Source: Gemmatales bacterium
GTDB taxonomy: Bacteria; Planctomycetota; Planctomycetia; Gemmatales; HRBIN36
Direction of reading: 5' to 3'
Assembly: GCA_041640595.1 (NCBI GenBank)
Contig: JBEPZY010000002.1
Coordinates: forward strand, 436,651-500,650
Length of the DNA: 64,000 nt
Shown in pieces: positions 60,781 to 64,000 of the stretch; the stretch's first letter is position 1, and every line of letters begins with the position of its first letter. Under the pieces are notes generated by a model that had not been told where the DNA came from, did not search any database, and worked only from the letters and a program-made list of their open reading frames with translations. Both the position numbers and the translations under genes were made by a program.

Positions 60781-61524
60781 ATGATGCAGAGCCGAGCAGT
60801 GCTGACAACGCTAGGTATTGGTGTACTGGCTATTTTTTCAATGACTACGCGAGGGCAATTTGGGGATATTAGTGGTGTCAAGCTCCTCAAACCAGAAGAC
60901 GGCATGGATGTCAAGATCCAGCCTGCCCCAGCAGGTGCGGTCGTCCTTTTCGATGGCAAGAGTTTCGATAACTGGACGAAGCTGGACGGCAAAACGGCCC
61001 CTGGTTGGAAAATTGTCAATGGAGCTATGGAAGTGGTGCCCGGCTCCGGGAACATCATAACCAAGCAACGCTTTGGTGGGGCTTTCCATTTACACGTGGA
61101 GTTTCGTGTTCCCTACATGCCGAACGCCAAAGGGCAAGCACGTGGTAATAGCGGTGTTTATGTCCAGGGGCGTTATGAGGTGCAGATATTAGATAGCTAT
61201 GGGCTGCAAAGCCAGAAAAATGATTGCGGAGCCATTTACGGCATAGCTGCCCCGTCAGTAAACGCTTGCAAGGCACCGACTGTATGGCAGAGCTACGATA
61301 TCTATTTCCGCTCCCCGATTTGCGTAAATGGAAAGAAAAAGGAGCCGGCCCGCATGACGGTTTATCACAACGGCATAAAAATTCATAACGATGTAAGCAT
61401 TCCCGTAGATAACACCACCGCAGGTTTAGGTGGTGACCCGTGCACGCCCGGGCCGATCATGTTGCAGGATCACGGCAACCCGGTTCAGTTCCGCAATATT
61501 TGGCTACTGCCGCTCAAAGAGTAA
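60781..61524 (+). CDS. DUF1080 / 3-keto-disaccharide hydrolase family
   Basis: 'LFDGKS', 'LHVEF', 'GNSGVY', 'YEVQILDS', 'LQDHGNPVQFRNIW'. Confidence 0.9.
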   Translation: MMQSRAVLTTLGIGVLAIFSMTTRGQFGDISGVKLLKPEDGMDVKIQPAPAGAVVLFDGKSFDNWTKLDGKTAPGWKIVNGAMEVVPGSGNIITKQRFGGAFHLHVEFRVPYMPNAKGQARGNSGVYVQGRYEVQILDSYGLQSQKNDCGAIYGIAAPSVNACKAPTVWQSYDIYFRSPICVNGKKKEPARMTVYHNGIKIHNDVSIPVDNTTAGLGGDPCTPGPIMLQDHGNPVQFRNIWLLPLKE

Positions 61525-61670
61525 GTTACTTTGTCAGCCTGACTTCTTCACTCACAGGTAGTTAACTCCAGCCAGGGTGATCCTGGCCCTGGTCAGCTAG
61601 CTTATACCTGAGTGAGAAATTTGCGCCGACACCGATGCAGCTCATGTGGACGATGAGATCATGTAAGAGG

Positions 61671-63089
61671 ATGCTGTTCACCTGGTGGGAGGCGGCCCGA
61701 GAACTAGTGGCCGTGGCCACGCCACTTATTATTTCCAGTAGCTTCTGGACCATCGAAATAACGGTAGATCGGATGTTTCTAAGCTGGTATCATCCGCTTG
61801 CTGTTGGGGCAGCAGTGCAGGCTACTATGGTGTTCTGGACGGCGTTCGTCCTGTTCCACAATTGCGCAGGTTATGTGACTACTTTTGTTGCTCAGTACTA
61901 TGGTGCGGGACAGTTTCACCGCATCGGTTCCGTGGTGTGGCAAGCACTTTACTTCAGCGTAGCCAGCGGGTTAATGTTCCTGGCATGGATACCGCTGGCT
62001 CCTTTGACCATGGCCAGCGTAGTTCACGACCTCCGGATGCAGGAATGGGGAAGTCGGTATCTTATATGTCTATGTTATTCTGCGTTGCCGACATTAGTAT
62101 CAGCGGCGGTCAGCGGGTTCTTTGCTGGTCGAGGGGATTGCTGGACGGTGCTGCTGATCAATGGCGTGGGAATGTTAGCGAATGTGGTGTTAGACTATCT
62201 ATTGATCTTTGGTGAGTTAGGATTGCCGGCTTTAGGAGTGCTGGGAGCGGGAATCGCAACGATTTTATCAGCGTGGCTATCGGCAGGTGTAGGACTGATT
62301 TTATACTGGCGGAAACCGTATCGCAAACTGTACGACACCTGGGGAGGTTGGAAGTGGAATGGCAGGCTCATGCTTCGCCTGCTGCGGTTCGGAATTCCTG
62401 CAGGTCTGCAATGGTGGTTCGATACACTTGCCTGGACAGTGTTTCTGGTGGTGATCGGCTGGATGGGCGCGGTAGAGCTAAGTGCAACAAGTATCGCCTT
62501 CGCGATCAACACCGTGGCGTTCGTACCCATGCTTGGATTCGGACAGGCGGTGATGGTGTTAGTGGGACAGCACCTGGGAGCGAATCAGCCACGACGAGCG
62601 ACACGGGCGACCTGGGCGGGTTTTATACTTACCTGGACATATATGAGCAGCGTGGCGGCATTATATTACTGGAAACCGGAGCTGTTCGTGAAATGGTTTT
62701 CGGGTAGCTCGATTACCGCCGAGGACCCTCAACTCGCAGAAAGAGTTAGTCAAGTGACTTGCTGGTTATTGCAATTTGTGGCTGCTTATTGCCTGTTCGA
62801 CAGCATGAACATTATCTTCTCCTCAGCTTTGCGTGGTGCTGGAGATACTGTCGCGGTGACGCGCATTTCTGCGGGACTGGCTTTACCCTTGTTAGTGATT
62901 CCAAGTTGGGCAAGCTGGTACTGGAACTGGGGTTTAGGGGTAGCCTGGATGTGGGCTACTATATACGTTATCGTGCTGGCACTGGTGTTTCTACGGCGGT
63001 TCCTGAAAGGGGATTGGCAATTGATGCGTGTAATAGAGTCCGCGGTGCATACCAGGCCCATTGTATCCGCAGGCGATACCGTGTGCTAA
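61671..63089 (+). CDS. MATE family efflux transporter
   Basis: 'VDRMFL', 'VAQYYGA', 'NVVLDYLLIFG..GLPALGVLGAGIAT', 'ALRGAGDT'. Confidence 0.9.
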   Translation: MLFTWWEAARELVAVATPLIISSSFWTIEITVDRMFLSWYHPLAVGAAVQATMVFWTAFVLFHNCAGYVTTFVAQYYGAGQFHRIGSVVWQALYFSVASGLMFLAWIPLAPLTMASVVHDLRMQEWGSRYLICLCYSALPTLVSAAVSGFFAGRGDCWTVLLINGVGMLANVVLDYLLIFGELGLPALGVLGAGIATILSAWLSAGVGLILYWRKPYRKLYDTWGGWKWNGRLMLRLLRFGIPAGLQWWFDTLAWTVFLVVIGWMGAVELSATSIAFAINTVAFVPMLGFGQAVMVLVGQHLGANQPRRATRATWAGFILTWTYMSSVAALYYWKPELFVKWFSGSSITAEDPQLAERVSQVTCWLLQFVAAYCLFDSMNIIFSSALRGAGDTVAVTRISAGLALPLLVIPSWASWYWNWGLGVAWMWATIYVIVLALVFLRRFLKGDWQLMRVIESAVHTRPIVSAGDTVC

Positions 63090-63247
63090 ATGCCCTGGTT
63101 GCGGGAAAATGTTATCTGAGCCGAGAAACAACACATGTGGGGTCCAGACTATATTGTGCGAAGTTTCTAATATCGAGCTTAGCACTGCCATCATACTAAA
63201 TAGAGAACCAAGCACAGCAAGCGAGGTTCCTGGTGAATCAACAGGCT

Positions 63248-64000
63248 TTACTGTGATGGCGGCTGGTGGTAAACATCGGGTGAAGGAGGCCAGAGCTTTT
63301 CTGCCAGGTGTAGCTGTTCCTGATAATAGCGACGGATCTCGTCCGGGTCAGGAGTGCGGCCATCTAAGAGGGCGGCGTAATAGTAACAGAAGGCACGTCC
63401 GAGTGCGTAAGTGCTCGAGGCGGCAAGTGTGGCGGCGACAATACTGCCGAGCCCTGGAATGAGTTTCGTTACCTCGCGTACAGCTTGCCGCACTAATAAA
63501 CCTATGCCCAAACTAGCAGCCAGTTCACGGAAGCGTTTACCGGTCAACGGCTGGCCATAGAGTTCGGCAAGATGGTAAACCATCCTGGTCTGGATGGCCG
63601 GAAGAATGACTAAGTCAAGCCACGGGATCGGCAGGGCACCTGCGGTAGCAGCCAGCGAGCTATAGGCGATTATATAGGGCAGAGCGCGACGCTCCTGTTG
63701 AGTGCGCAGCGTTTTCTGCGTGGTTTCGAGTTGGAGTAAGGGTTGTCTATACACTTCAGGTAGCAGGCGCAACAATGCTTCTTTAAGTGCCGGGCCGCCA
63801 TAGTTAGGATCGGAATAACCTTCTTGGGGAGGCGTGAAATCTACAGGAACTACGGCATCCACTAAGCCGGCAAACAGTTGGCGGTGCGTGTCTAATAATC
63901 GGCGGACTTGCGGAGGCACCAATTGCTGTTCGGCGGATGTGCCAAAAGGATACGGTTCCGGGTTGGGTTGGCCGGGATAAGCTTCGTGCAGGCAGGTAAT
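63248..64000 (-). CDS. YcjF/DUF697-family GTPase-associated protein, 3' part (runs off the window)
   Basis: Frame is open to 64000 ('ITCLHEAYP'); 'AGALPIPWLD...IQTRMV...LTKLIP-like...TYALGRAF'. Confidence 0.8.
   Translation of the reverse strand: MTCLHEAYPGQPNPEPYPFGTSAEQQLVPPQVRRLLDTHRQLFAGLVDAVVPVDFTPPQEGYSDPNYGGPALKEALLRLLPEVYRQPLLQLETTQKTLRTQQERRALPYIIAYSSLAATAGALPIPWLDLVILPAIQTRMVYHLAELYGQPLTGKRFRELAASLGIGLLVRQAVREVTKLIPGLGSIVAATLAASSTYALGRAFCYYYAALLDGRTPDPDEIRRYYQEQLHLAEKLWPPSPDVYHQPPSQ

Overview
Core-chromosome segment of a GC-rich bacterium, almost certainly a member of Planctomycetota and probably Gemmatales-like. This is an inference from the PVC-type heme protein, DUF1570, DUF1080, arylsulfatase, Uma2 nuclease and the recO-bamD-lptE-SurA cluster. 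About 45 genes are supported. Housekeeping and envelope genes include gmhA-like, rpsP, lpxD-lpxI, uvrB, tex, recO, bamD, lptE, mtaB, glycosyltransferases and a MATE transporter. I found no rRNA, intact tRNA, cas gene, transposase or integrase. Four things stand out. (1) A lower-GC two-gene islet (10.76-12.76 kb) encodes a GlsB/YeaQ-type membrane anchor fused to an Exo5/Cas4-like 4Fe-4S nuclease (split by a -1 frameshift), next to a YprB-like RNase H-fold exonuclease. (2) A Ser/Thr kinase with five near-identical, hypervariable WD40 repeats sits in about 2.3 kb of stacked non-coding repeat arrays: a 66-bp tandem that copies the start-codon context, 65-74-bp and 129-bp arrays, and 11 REP-like hairpins in ~455-bp units. 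(3) An ECF sigma factor with a fused C-terminal zinc anti-sigma-like motif lies upstream of a PspA-like coiled-coil gene and a membrane-protein gene. (4) A pseudo-caspase is fused to an S41 protease. All calls come from reading motifs by eye; no database searches were run.
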